Source of the DNA: Allosphingosinicella sp.
Lineage (GTDB): Bacteria > Pseudomonadota > Alphaproteobacteria > Sphingomonadales > Sphingomonadaceae
Reading direction: 5' to 3'
Length of the DNA stretch: 45,309 nucleotides
Assembly (NCBI GenBank): GCA_035553755.1
Contig: DATMJS010000097.1
Span: forward strand, 1 to 45,309
Position numbers and translations under genes: made by a program. The notes below the pieces were generated by a model, which did no database searches, was not told where the DNA came from, and saw only the letters and a program-made list of their open reading frames with translations. Positions 34,812 through 43,879 of this stretch are shown here, piece after piece; position 1 is the stretch's first letter; each line of letters begins with the position of its first letter.

Positions 34812-35097
34812 GTGGCCACCGCCGTCGTTGATCGCCGTCTGCCCCCCGACCCGCCATAATCCGGAGGGCGCGCGTTCCAGCAAGCTATCGCCCGTTATCA
34901 TCTGGCGCAGCGATGCGGCCGAGTTCGTCCATCTGCGGTGGGGCCTGAAGCCACGCGGCCCGCACGACGTCGGTCCTCCTGCTCCGCTCTGAAGCACGGG
35001 AATTCGGCAACCGCTGCCTCGTCCCGACGACCGATTTCACGATCCGAGGGACCCGGGCCGCGGCAGGGGGAGATGGCGCGTCGGCATTGTCAGGTTA
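34812..35097 (+). pseudogene. SOS response-associated peptidase (SRAP/DUF159) remnant, frameshifted and truncated
   Basis: Across frameshifts: SPVIIWRSDAAEFVHLRWGLKP / LLRSEAREFGNRCLVPTTDF, matching the SRAP pattern RWGL.P...RSE...RCLVP..F; divergent from imuA. Confidence 0.65.
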
Positions 35098-35295
35098 ACT
35101 CTCCCGAGCTTCAGAAATCCGATCAAACCATGCTTCACGCACTCGCCACCGCCGCCTTCCAACCAGCAGGCGAGCCGCTCCGGAACGTCCGCAGCGTTGC
35201 TCGTGAGGTGAGGTGCCGTTGAGTGTAGAAGCTGTTGTAGACTGCTGCGTGGGTGGAGAGGAACCTCTGGGCTGAGGCTGGTGACTTGAACCTTT

Positions 35296-35543
35296 GAGGT
35301 CGGTAACTTCGATCGGCAGGAGGTCGGCCGCTGGATCAACAGGGCCGAAAACTCGCATCTGCCATTCCGACGAAGAGAGCGAGCAATGCAGCGCTTTCGC
35401 CAAATGAAGACGCTGCAGAAGTTCAGCTCAATTCAGCCCAGGTCCACAACCACTTCACCCACGAACGCCACCTTATCGACCGCCAAGCCTACAAGCTCCG
35501 CCGCTCGGCTGCATTGGCCGAGTGGCAGCTGGTCATGACCTGA
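35296..35543 (+). mobile_element. IS6-family transposase C-terminal remnant
   Basis: GNFDRQEVGRW / RAENSHLPFRRRERAMQRFRQMKTLQKFSS / QVHNHF..ERHL....YK.RRSAALAEWQ. Confidence 0.9.
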
Positions 35544-35872
35544 AGTCCTCCAACTCAAGCAGGGGCGGAGAGCGGCTGCGCGAAATGGCGCGGACTTGTC
35601 CTTTCGCACGAACGCTCGTCGCCTGAAATGGGCGTTTGTCGAATTTCCCACCAATCTCCAGTCGCTTTCGGGAATTTATGGAAACGTAGAGACCCTCCGA
35701 CGCGGAGGCGCCGACCGGAGCAACCTGTTCGCAGACGTTATCCGGCCGTATGTCGAAAATCCGCCTTTCCCAGGTGCGGGGTGTGTTAGTTTGCGGAAGC
35801 TTCCGGAAAGCGCTGGCGGTGAAGAACGAAGGATCAACCATAGAATTTTTCAGAAGGGCCTCTGATACGGTC

Positions 35873-37909
35873 ATGACTCGCCTTCTCCTGTGGTCCGCCT
35901 TGATCCTGAGCGTGCTTTTGCCGGCGCCGGCGGCTTCGGCTCAGGCGACTGAGCCGAGGCATATCGCCACGCAATTGATTGCGGAAACGGACACGCCGAC
36001 TGCCGGGAGCATTGTCAGTCTCGCCATTCACATGACCCCCGAGCCCGGCTGGCACGGTTATTGGAAAAACCCCGGCGACAGCGGCATCGAACCGAGCGTC
36101 CAATGGACGCTGCCGCGCGGCGCGGCTGCAGGCCCTCTCGAATATCCGGTTCCCGGGCGGCTCATCGTCGGCGGCCTCATGAATTATGTCTATGAGGGCC
36201 CCTATGCTCTGCTCCTGAAGCTCAAGGTGCCTGACGGCCTCGCCCCGGGGACACCGCTCCCGATCAGAGGGAAGTTCGATTATCTCGTTTGCACCAAGGA
36301 AGTGTGCGTTCCGGAAAGCGCCGATCTGGCGCTCGATTTGTCGGTCGGCGCTCCCGGCACTCCGCCGACCCGCCGCGCCGCTTTCGATCGCTTTTACCAG
36401 GCTTTGCCAAAACCGCTTTCGAGCGAAGCGCGCTTCCAGTGGGAGGGCGGCCGCTTCCGCCTCTTCGTTCCCTTGCCCGACTCGATGGCAGTGGAGGAAC
36501 CCTATTTCTTCCCGCTCACCGACGGCGCGATCGACTATGCCGCGCAGCAGAAAGTCACCAGGAACGGCGACGCGCTGATCATAGAGACGCAGGCAGGCGC
36601 TCAGCAGCCTTCTTCCGTGGAAGGCGTGCTTCGGCTCCGCGACGGCTACGGCCTCTCACTCACCGCGCGGCCGGGAGTGGTATCGGCCGGAGGGCCGGAT
36701 GCGCCCGGGCAAGGCGCCTTCGCCATTCTTGCCGCGTTGGCCGGCGCCATCCTGGGCGGGCTGCTGCTCAACGTCATGCCCTGCGTTTTCCCGATCCTCA
36801 GCCTCAAAGCCTTGAGCCTTGCCAAAGCGGGCGGAGACGAAGCCGGCGCGCGCAAGGAGGCGCTCGCTTATACCGCGGGCGCGGTGGCCGTTTGCCTTGC
36901 CCTCGGCGCGGCGGTGCTCGCGCTTCGCGCCGGGGGAACGGCGGCAGGCTGGGCCTTTCAGCTCCAGGATCCGCGAGTCATCCTCCTGCTCCTGTTGCTT
37001 GTGACGGCGATTGCCCTCAACCTCGCGGGCTTGTTCGAGCTGCCCTCGATCGGGCTCGGCGGCGGCCTGGCTTCCGCCGGCGGCTGGTCGGGCGCGTTCT
37101 GGACGGGTGCCCTCGCCGCCTTCGTGGCGACGCCGTGCACCGGCCCGTTCATGGCCGCCGCCCTTGGCGCCGCCCTTCTTCTGCCCCTCCCGGCAGCCCT
37201 GGCGGTCTTTGCGGGGCTCGGTCTGGGTCTGGCCCTGCCGTTTCTCATCCTCGGCTTCGTTCCCGCCGCCCGGCGCCGCCTGCCGAAACCTGGTCCATGG
37301 ATGAACCGGCTCCGGCATATTCTCTCCGTGCCCATGTTCCTGACCGCGCTCGGCCTCGCCTGGGTGCTGGGGCGTCAGTCGGGCGTGGATGGAATGACGA
37401 TCGGCCTTGCCGCGGCTCTGCTTCTTGGCCTGACGCTTTGGTGGGTGGGGCGCCGCCAAGGCGAGGGGCGCTTCTGGCTGCGCCTTGCGCCCGCGGCTGC
37501 GGCAGTGGCGGCGTGCCTCATGTTCCTTCCCCTCGGCAACGAAGGTCAAGCCACCGCCTCGTCACCACTTGCGGGGGAAGCGTTCAGCGAAGCGCGGCTT
37601 GCGGCGCTTCGCGGAGAGGGCCGCCCGGTCTTCGCTTATTTCACTGCCGATTGGTGCATCACCTGCAAGGTCAATGAGAAGGGCGTGCTGCAGCGCGAGG
37701 AAGTGTCCCGCGCCTTCTCTGAGCACAAGGTCGCCGTGCTGGTCGGAGACTGGACCGGCGGCGACGCCGCCATCGGCCGCTTCCTTGAATCGCAGGGCCG
37801 TTCGGGCGTCCCGCTCTACATTTATTACGCGCCCGGCAAGGCTCCCGAGGTCCTGCCGCAGCTGCTCACCGTGTCCCGCGTCGTCTCGCTAACTCAAGAG
37901 GACAGTTAA
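35873..37909 (+). CDS. DsbD-family thiol:disulfide electron transporter (ScsB class)
   Basis: Alpha domain GWHGYWKNPGDSG...VCTKEVC; membrane domain NVMPCVFP and ATPCTGPFM; thioredoxin domain TADWCITCK. Start reassigned to MTRLLLW. Confidence 0.93.
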   Translation: MTRLLLWSALILSVLLPAPAASAQATEPRHIATQLIAETDTPTAGSIVSLAIHMTPEPGWHGYWKNPGDSGIEPSVQWTLPRGAAAGPLEYPVPGRLIVGGLMNYVYEGPYALLLKLKVPDGLAPGTPLPIRGKFDYLVCTKEVCVPESADLALDLSVGAPGTPPTRRAAFDRFYQALPKPLSSEARFQWEGGRFRLFVPLPDSMAVEEPYFFPLTDGAIDYAAQQKVTRNGDALIIETQAGAQQPSSVEGVLRLRDGYGLSLTARPGVVSAGGPDAPGQGAFAILAALAGAILGGLLLNVMPCVFPILSLKALSLAKAGGDEAGARKEALAYTAGAVAVCLALGAAVLALRAGGTAAGWAFQLQDPRVILLLLLLVTAIALNLAGLFELPSIGLGGGLASAGGWSGAFWTGALAAFVATPCTGPFMAAALGAALLLPLPAALAVFAGLGLGLALPFLILGFVPAARRRLPKPGPWMNRLRHILSVPMFLTALGLAWVLGRQSGVDGMTIGLAAALLLGLTLWWVGRRQGEGRFWLRLAPAAAAVAACLMFLPLGNEGQATASSPLAGEAFSEARLAALRGEGRPVFAYFTADWCITCKVNEKGVLQREEVSRAFSEHKVAVLVGDWTGGDAAIGRFLESQGRSGVPLYIYYAPGKAPEVLPQLLTVSRVVSLTQEDS

Positions 37910-37924
37910 GATGAGGAGAAGAAG

Positions 37925-38533
37925 ATGAAAGCATTTCCATTTGCCCTTGTCGCCGCCAGTCTGGTGGCCGCCCCAGCCTTGGCCCAGCCGCAGATCGGCC
38001 AGCCAGCGCCCAACTTCCGCGCCCTCGACGTGAACGGCCGCGCCGTCAGCCTCTCGGATTTCCGCGGCAAAACCGTCGTACTCGAGTGGAACAATCCGGA
38101 ATGCCCCTTTGTGAGGAAGCATTACAACAGCGGCAACATGCAAAAGACCCAAGCCGCCGCGAGGAAGGACGGCGTCGTCTGGCTGTCGATCAATTCCAGC
38201 GCGGAAGGCAAGCAGGGCCACATGGACGCCGCTAAGGCCAAGGCCGTTATAGCGGCGCAAAAGGCGCAGCCGACTGCCTATCTTCTCGACCCGACGGGCG
38301 CGGTGGGGAAGGGCTATGACGCCAAGACCACTCCGCACATGTACATCATCAATCCGCGGGGCACCCTCGTTTATATGGGCGGGATCGACGACAAGCCGAC
38401 GCCCAATCCGGCGGACATCAATGGCGCCCGGAACCATGTGCTAGCTGCCTTGAGCGAGCTGAAGGCCGGCAAGCCCGTGTCGGTGCCTACCAGCCGCCCT
38501 TATGGGTGCAACGTCAAATACAAGGACAGTTGA
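37925..38533 (+). CDS. Periplasmic redoxin/peroxiredoxin-like protein (PrxL-like)
   Basis: Signal peptide; GQPAPNF, VVLEWNNPECPFVRKHY, AKTTPHMYII, YMGGIDD and YGC.VKY; immediately downstream of the DsbD gene. Confidence 0.9.
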   Translation: MKAFPFALVAASLVAAPALAQPQIGQPAPNFRALDVNGRAVSLSDFRGKTVVLEWNNPECPFVRKHYNSGNMQKTQAAARKDGVVWLSINSSAEGKQGHMDAAKAKAVIAAQKAQPTAYLLDPTGAVGKGYDAKTTPHMYIINPRGTLVYMGGIDDKPTPNPADINGARNHVLAALSELKAGKPVSVPTSRPYGCNVKYKDS

Positions 38534-38544
38534 CCGCTCAGGGT

Positions 38545-38577
38545 GGAAGCAGCGGAAGCCTTGCTTCCGCTGCTTCC
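38545..38577. terminator. Perfect 15-bp hairpin after the redoxin gene
   Basis: GGAAGCAGCGGAAGC-CTT-GCTTCCGCTGCTTCC; no U tract. Confidence 0.65.
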
Positions 38578-38651
38578 CTCGTGACCCGCAACTATCGCTG
38601 CGGTCCCTTCGCCGGGGCTCGAACAAATCATTCGTTGTTGGGAGAGAGATT

Positions 38652-39044
38652 ATGAACAAGTTTAAATTTGCCGCCATTTTCGCCGCCGGTGCCGCGCTCG
38701 CGCTGTCGTCCGCGCAGGTCGCCGCTCAGGAGGAAGCGAAGCCCATCAGCATGGGCATGAAATTAGAGCACGTGACGGAAGGCGGAACGGAAGGCGGGGA
38801 GGTCACTGCCATGCTGCCGGACCGCACCGGAGCAGCGCTCGGCTTCAAAGTCGGCGACATTCTGATCGAAGCGGGCGGCAAACCGATCACCCCCGAAGTG
38901 CTGAGGGAATATATGAAGGACAAGAAGGCAGGGGATCAACTCAGCTTCAAGGTGAAGCGGGCGGGCGCGGTCGTCGAGTTGACCGGCAAGGCGCTGCCAG
39001 CGCCCGAAGGTGCGCCGGCACCGACGGCGCAACCGCAGGAATAG
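38652..39044 (+). CDS. Secreted stand-alone PDZ-domain protein (130 aa)
   Basis: Start reassigned to MNKFKFAAIF (GGGAG RBS); signal peptide; PDZ pattern EVTAMLPDRTGAALGFKVGDILIEAGGKPI...GDQLSFKVKR. Confidence 0.8.
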   Translation: MNKFKFAAIFAAGAALALSSAQVAAQEEAKPISMGMKLEHVTEGGTEGGEVTAMLPDRTGAALGFKVGDILIEAGGKPITPEVLREYMKDKKAGDQLSFKVKRAGAVVELTGKALPAPEGAPAPTAQPQE

Positions 39045-39347
39045 TCCTTCGGTCCAATGGCGTGAAGGCTGCCAGGCAGTTCGGCAATCAGAAGGCCATG
39101 CTGTACGCCGAAGCGCCGGACAGATCTTCCGGATGATTGCGGATGTAACCTTGCGCTTCTCACGGGACGTAAAGGGCGTGAGCGCCGTCACGAGGACAGA
39201 GATATATAAGTCGGAAACAGGGCCGAAGCTCGCCACCTGAGTCCGTCCGGCAATGTGCCTTGGAAGTCGGTTATCGGCTGGTCATGCGGTCTAACGGGAC
39301 TTTACTTGATCACGTGAGCTCCGCCCTCAGCTCTCTCCCGGGGAAGA

Positions 39348-39686
39348 TCAGCGGCAGACTATATAAAAGATTCTTTCCTCGATCGAGCCAGGCAGGATAG
39401 GGGCCGACTCTCGATGCGGTCGAACAACATTATGAGATATGGTTCCACGATCATCTCGGATGTAAGCGAGGATCGTTTGCGTTCTCGTCGAGCAGTCAAA
39501 CTCCAATTCGTTCCAAGTGGTGCCCTGATCCGGCACGAAATCGCTGCGGGTCCATACCGTTGCTTTGCTTCCATTCCGCCTAATACTCTCCCTGTCGAGA
39601 TATTCCGCAGAACGAGTGCTACCGCCCACATGAACCCATCGGTCTGCCTGAAACACCGTAAACACGGCCAGTGCGGTCAGGAACAT
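39348..39686 (-). CDS. Surface-adhesin-E-like secreted protein
   Basis: W..VG......YLDRESIRRNG....VW, EFDC and terminal PGSIEE.....VC pattern. Confidence 0.65.
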   Translation of the reverse strand: MFLTALAVFTVFQADRWVHVGGSTRSAEYLDRESIRRNGSKATVWTRSDFVPDQGTTWNELEFDCSTRTQTILAYIRDDRGTISHNVVRPHRESAPILPGSIEERIFYIVCR

Positions 39687-39747
39687 TCTTCAAGCCTCAG
39701 TCACAAGGACCGCAGGATATGCATTTTGAAGGTGTGGACAAGTGGCC

Positions 39748-40279
39748 TGGCGGTGGCACCTCGAACGAGATGTACGTGAAAATCAACGGCGAGATGCACT
39801 ACCTGTGGAGGGCAGTGGATCATGAGGGCGAGGTGCTGGAATCCTTCACCACCAGGACGAGAGACAAAGCCGCAGCGCTGACTTTCATGAGAAGGCCCTG
39901 AGGCGCTACGGCATCCCCAGGCGATTGTCACCGACGGCCTCCGCTCCTACGGCGCAGCGATGGACGAGCTCGGCAACGTTGAAAAGCAGGAGGTGGGCCG
40001 CTGGCTGAATAACCGGGTCGAGAACTCGCACCTGCCCTTCCGACGACGAGAACGAGCCACGGTGCGCTTCCGCAAGATGAAGACGCTGCAGAAGTTCAGC
40101 TCAGTATGCCCAGGTCCACAACCACTTCAACCAGGAACGACATCTCACCGACAGACATACCTACAAAGCTCGCCGCTCGGCCGCACTGGCCGAGTGGCAA
40201 TCAGTCATGGCCTGAACATCGTCGGGGCAGGGGAAAGCTGCCTCGAGCGGAGACAAGTTCGAATTAGACTGACAGCACG
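39748..40279 (+). mobile_element. Truncated, frameshifted IS6-family element with right terminal repeat
   Basis: WRWHL / EMYVKINGEMHYLWRAVDHEGEVLES...IVTDGLRSYGAAM...NNRVENSHLPFRRRER; end motif TTAGACTGACAGCAC at 40264-40278. Confidence 0.92.
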
Positions 40280-40306
40280 CTCCCGGGCATGACAAGAACA
40301 CTCGTG

Positions 40307-40332
40307 GAAAGGGAGGAATCACCCCCCCTTTC
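40307..40332 (-). terminator. Hairpin immediately after the TonB receptor stop
   Basis: Minus strand GAAAGGGGGG-TGATTC-CTCCCTTTC. Confidence 0.5.
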
Positions 40333-43185
40333 TTACATTCGGAAGTTGACGCGCGCGTAGAAATAGCGTCCGGGAATATCATGTATCGCCTGTGAGAAAT
40401 TGTTGGACTCGCAGGTGACACACCCTGGGGTCTTTTTATCGAACAGGTTGTTCACGCCCAGCGCAAAGCCGAACGCGTTTTCCGGCCCAGCCATCAGGCG
40501 TAACTGCAGATCGGTGTAGAACACTGAGTCCATCACATTGCCGCCCACTTCCTCCAGCTTGGAGACATAGCGGCCGATCACCGTCATTCCGACATTGGCC
40601 CAATCGAGGTCCACCACTCCGACAGACTTGTATTTCGGGAATCCCTGGGCGGGAGAGCCGACCTGGGTTCCTTCCCTGCTCAGGAGCTGCGGCCCTGTGG
40701 GACCCGGAACAATCACGTCATAGTTGCGAAGGAAGGTGTTGTTCCAGGTGAAGCCGAACCGGCCGAGCGGCGTCTGGACGCCGCGATAAGCCAGATTGAC
40801 GTCAATGCCGTTGGTCTTGATCGCGGCGATATTCTGCAGCAGCCCCTGGACTTCGATCAACTGGCCGTTGACGCGAGTGACCAATCCGCAAGTCGCCGGA
40901 TCCTTGGTAAGCAGGCAGTTGAGCACCGTGGTCGCCCGCGGAATGGCTTGGATCGCCCCGTCGACCTTAATCTTGTACCAGTTGGCCTCGGCTGAGAAAC
41001 GCGGCAGCCAGGACGGGCTGTAGACGCCGCCCAGCACCCAGCTTTCCGAGGTTTCCGGCTCGAGCTTCTCGTTGCCGCCGGTATTCACCGAAATCTGGGC
41101 GTTCGCCTGCTGGTAGCTGCCGTTGGCGGGGACCCCGGCCACGATGCAGGCGGCCTTGACTTCGGCATCGTTGGCGAAGCGCCGCGGAGCCGCGTTGTTC
41201 GGATGCGACGAGCAAGGATCGTCGAGAACTTCGTCAAAGCGCGACTGGGTTCCGAACAGCTCGCCAATGCTCGGGGCCCGGAACCCTTCTGCGTAATTGC
41301 CGCGGAGGCGAAGATCGCGGAACGGCTTCCAGTTGACGCCGCCCTTGAAGGTCCTGGTCGAGCCCGACGTTGAATAGTCCGAAAAGCGGACCGCGCCGTT
41401 GAGCTCCAGCAGGTTGATGAACGGCAGATCGGCGAGAATGGGAGCGTTCAGCTCCGCATAGGCCTCCTTGACGTTATAGCTGCCCCTCGTCGGTTGCGCC
41501 GGGATGTCGGAGCTGAAGCCTGCCGCGACCACTGGGTCGGGATCGAACCTCCCGCTAAGTTTGCGATATTCAACGCCCACCGCGGCTCCCAAGGGGCCGC
41601 CCGGCAAGTCGATCAGGCTTCCCGAAAGGTTGGCTGTCGTGTCGAACTGGCTCTGCCTGCTGCTGTCATTCTGTTCGAAGGTGACGAAATTGATCATTTC
41701 GGGAGTGATCGACCCAAAGCCGCCGAACAGGTTGAACGGAACGCAGGGCGCGGTGCAGCCCGAAATCGGCCCCAATGCCTGGCGGAGCTTGCTGGAGTCG
41801 ATATTGCCGAACATGTCCTGCTCGGCCTTGTTGCGGCCATAGGACGCGTTCACGTCCCAGTACCAGTCGCGCCCGAACAAGCCCATCTTCCCGTCCAGAG
41901 TGGCAACGCCATAGGTCGTGTCCACCGTCTGGTGGAACCGGCGCGGACCGCCTTCGAGGAAGCGCCGGAAGATCGCCGAAACGTTGTTGTTGCTGCCGCC
42001 TAAGTCCACCCCATAGGGATTGAAAGGGTTGGTCGCGCTGACGACGATGGTGGCGAGGGCCGGCGTGAGGCCCACGGTGGGTCCGATGCCGAACGGCAGC
42101 GGCGCCGCCTGGTTCCTCGATTCGCGCTGGTTCCACAGCGCCTTGGCGGAAAAGTTTACATTCTCGCTCAACTCGTATCCGAGGTTGGCGAACACTCCCA
42201 TCCGCTCGAGCGGGATCTGCAAATAGTTGAACGGCTGGAAATTGAACCGGTCGGCCGGGCTGACGAAGCCTCTGAAATCCGTCGGCGTGGGCCGGCGGCC
42301 GATTACCGGCGCGATGAGGGTGGCATTCCCCCCGGGGAAAATCGAGCCGGTGTAGCGCCCGTTAGGCGTGAAGCTCGAACAGGTGGCTATGCAGGCGGTT
42401 GCGTAAGGTTCCGGGAATGCAGACAGAGCCCGCTCGCCCGACCAGACGGGGTCCTGCACCACATAGTTGCCGCCGACGACGATCCTCAGCGGACCGGCGT
42501 TTCCGTTGCCCCAGCTGAGCTGGTAATTCTGGGTGAAGCCGTCCCCTTGCTCATAGCCGCCCAACTGGGCTAGGGCTTCGATCCCGCGCTGGCTGCGCTT
42601 GGTGATGATGTTCACCACCCCGGCGATGGCGTCGGAGCCGTAGATGGCGGAAGCGCCGTCCTGCAGCACCTCCACGCGCTCGATCGCGCTTGCCGGAATG
42701 GAGTTAAGGTCGGTGGAGCCGGGGACGCCGCTCGCCGAGGCGCCGAGTACATAGCGCAACCCATCGACCAGAACGAGCACTCGGCGCGAGCCCAGATAGC
42801 GAAGGTCGATTTCGGCCGCGCCGGCACCCACGCCTCCGCCGTCGGGCGGGTTGCCCAGGTTGCCCGAATTGTTAAACTTGGAGTTGAGCCCGCCGCCGGA
42901 GCTCGGCAGGCGCTGCAGCACGTCGTTGATCGAGTTGAGCCCGGTCTTGGCTATGTCCTCTTCATCGACGAAGGTCACCGGTGAATCGAGATCAAGCGGA
43001 TTGCGGCGGATTCGCGAGCCCGTAACGACGATCTCCGCCTGGCGCTCGACCGGGTTGCCCTCGGCGTCCGTCCGGACCGGCTCGTCCGGCTGCGGGCTCT
43101 GCGCTTGCGCCGGTGCGGCGAGGATCGCCGCTGCCAGAGCCATCGACGCGCAACCGGAACGCAAAATCCTGCTTTTGATCCTCAT
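40333..43185 (-). CDS. TonB-dependent receptor, substrate unknown
   Basis: Start reassigned to MRIKSRIL (GGAGG RBS); EIVVTGSRI, IERVEVLQDGASAIYGSDAIAGVVNIITK, GFRAPSIGEL, LGVNNLFDK and GRYFYARVNFRM. Confidence 0.95.
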   Translation of the reverse strand: MRIKSRILRSGCASMALAAAILAAPAQAQSPQPDEPVRTDAEGNPVERQAEIVVTGSRIRRNPLDLDSPVTFVDEEDIAKTGLNSINDVLQRLPSSGGGLNSKFNNSGNLGNPPDGGGVGAGAAEIDLRYLGSRRVLVLVDGLRYVLGASASGVPGSTDLNSIPASAIERVEVLQDGASAIYGSDAIAGVVNIITKRSQRGIEALAQLGGYEQGDGFTQNYQLSWGNGNAGPLRIVVGGNYVVQDPVWSGERALSAFPEPYATACIATCSSFTPNGRYTGSIFPGGNATLIAPVIGRRPTPTDFRGFVSPADRFNFQPFNYLQIPLERMGVFANLGYELSENVNFSAKALWNQRESRNQAAPLPFGIGPTVGLTPALATIVVSATNPFNPYGVDLGGSNNNVSAIFRRFLEGGPRRFHQTVDTTYGVATLDGKMGLFGRDWYWDVNASYGRNKAEQDMFGNIDSSKLRQALGPISGCTAPCVPFNLFGGFGSITPEMINFVTFEQNDSSRQSQFDTTANLSGSLIDLPGGPLGAAVGVEYRKLSGRFDPDPVVAAGFSSDIPAQPTRGSYNVKEAYAELNAPILADLPFINLLELNGAVRFSDYSTSGSTRTFKGGVNWKPFRDLRLRGNYAEGFRAPSIGELFGTQSRFDEVLDDPCSSHPNNAAPRRFANDAEVKAACIVAGVPANGSYQQANAQISVNTGGNEKLEPETSESWVLGGVYSPSWLPRFSAEANWYKIKVDGAIQAIPRATTVLNCLLTKDPATCGLVTRVNGQLIEVQGLLQNIAAIKTNGIDVNLAYRGVQTPLGRFGFTWNNTFLRNYDVIVPGPTGPQLLSREGTQVGSPAQGFPKYKSVGVVDLDWANVGMTVIGRYVSKLEEVGGNVMDSVFYTDLQLRLMAGPENAFGFALGVNNLFDKKTPGCVTCESNNFSQAIHDIPGRYFYARVNFRM

Positions 43186-43295
43186 GCTCACCTCCACCCA
43201 ATCGAGGTGAATAATTGAGCCAGAAGCGCGCTCGCGGGAAGCTTCGCGAGGGGCGGGAAAATTTTTTTGCGACTCTTGTTGCAGAAACGTTACAA

Positions 43296-43573
43296 TGAAC
43301 ACAACAGGGCCGAGAACTCGCACCTCCGTTTCGGACGAAGAGAGCGAGCCATGCAGCGCTTCCGTAAGATGAAGACGCTGCAGAAGTTCAACTCAGTTCA
43401 CGCCCAGGTCCACAACCACTTAACCAGGAACGCCACCTTACCGACAGAACGACCTACAAAGAGCGCCGCTCGGCCGCATTGGCCGGGTGGCAGCTGGTCC
43501 ATCGCCTGAAGGTCGCCGCCGGAAGGAGAGAGCTGCGTCTGGCGGAGACAGTTCGCATTAGACTGACAGCACC
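43296..43573 (+). mobile_element. IS6-family C-terminal remnant with right terminal repeat
   Basis: NRAENSHLRFGRRERAMQRFRKMKTLQKFNSVHAQVHNH; end motif TTAGACTGACAGCACC at 43558-43573. Confidence 0.9.
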
Positions 43574-43711
43574 GCCACCTCGTCTATGAGAGACCTAAAG
43601 TACTGCGCTCGGCCGCACTGGCCGGATGGCAGTCGGTCATGGCCTGGGGATTGCGGGGGCCGGGGAGAATTGCGTCCAGCGCAGGCCAGTTGCGGTTAGG
43701 CTGACAGCACC
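43574..43711 (+). mobile_element. Second, tandem IS6 right-end remnant
   Basis: CGCTCGGCCGCACTGGCCG...CAGTCGGTCATGGCCTG repeats the transposase 3' end; end motif TTAGGCTGACAGCACC at 43696-43711. Confidence 0.8.
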
Positions 43712-43734
43712 GTCAAAATTTGCTGTCGTGATTT

Positions 43735-43754
43735 TGAGTAACTCGATTTACTCA
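43735..43754. promoter_or_regulatory. Inverted repeat TGAGTAA-N6-TTACTCA upstream of the GH3 gene
   Basis: Perfect 7-bp arms, AT-rich, about 85-125 nt upstream of the candidate starts. Confidence 0.5.
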
Positions 43755-43879
43755 CCGCCTCGACCTTGACCATGGTCCGGGCTGCCGCCAGTTTCGCGGT
43801 CCCAGGCCCACAAGTCGCCGAAGTGCGGGGAATTAGAGCATGTTTGCGTTCTCCTTCACCGGTCGGTCTTGCCGGGAGT

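Noticed and set aside
36289-37677. 462-aa alternative-frame ORF
   Set aside because: Arg/Pro-rich off-frame product inside the DsbD gene.
43186-43323. 46-aa N-terminal extension of the second TonB receptor
   Set aside because: It begins within the IS6 remnant; the GGAGG RBS and signal peptide support ATG 43185.
35296-43711. Recurring sequence blocks as a CRISPR array or novel repeat family
   Set aside because: They are dispersed, translate to IS6 transposase and show no repeat-spacer periodicity; no cas genes are present.
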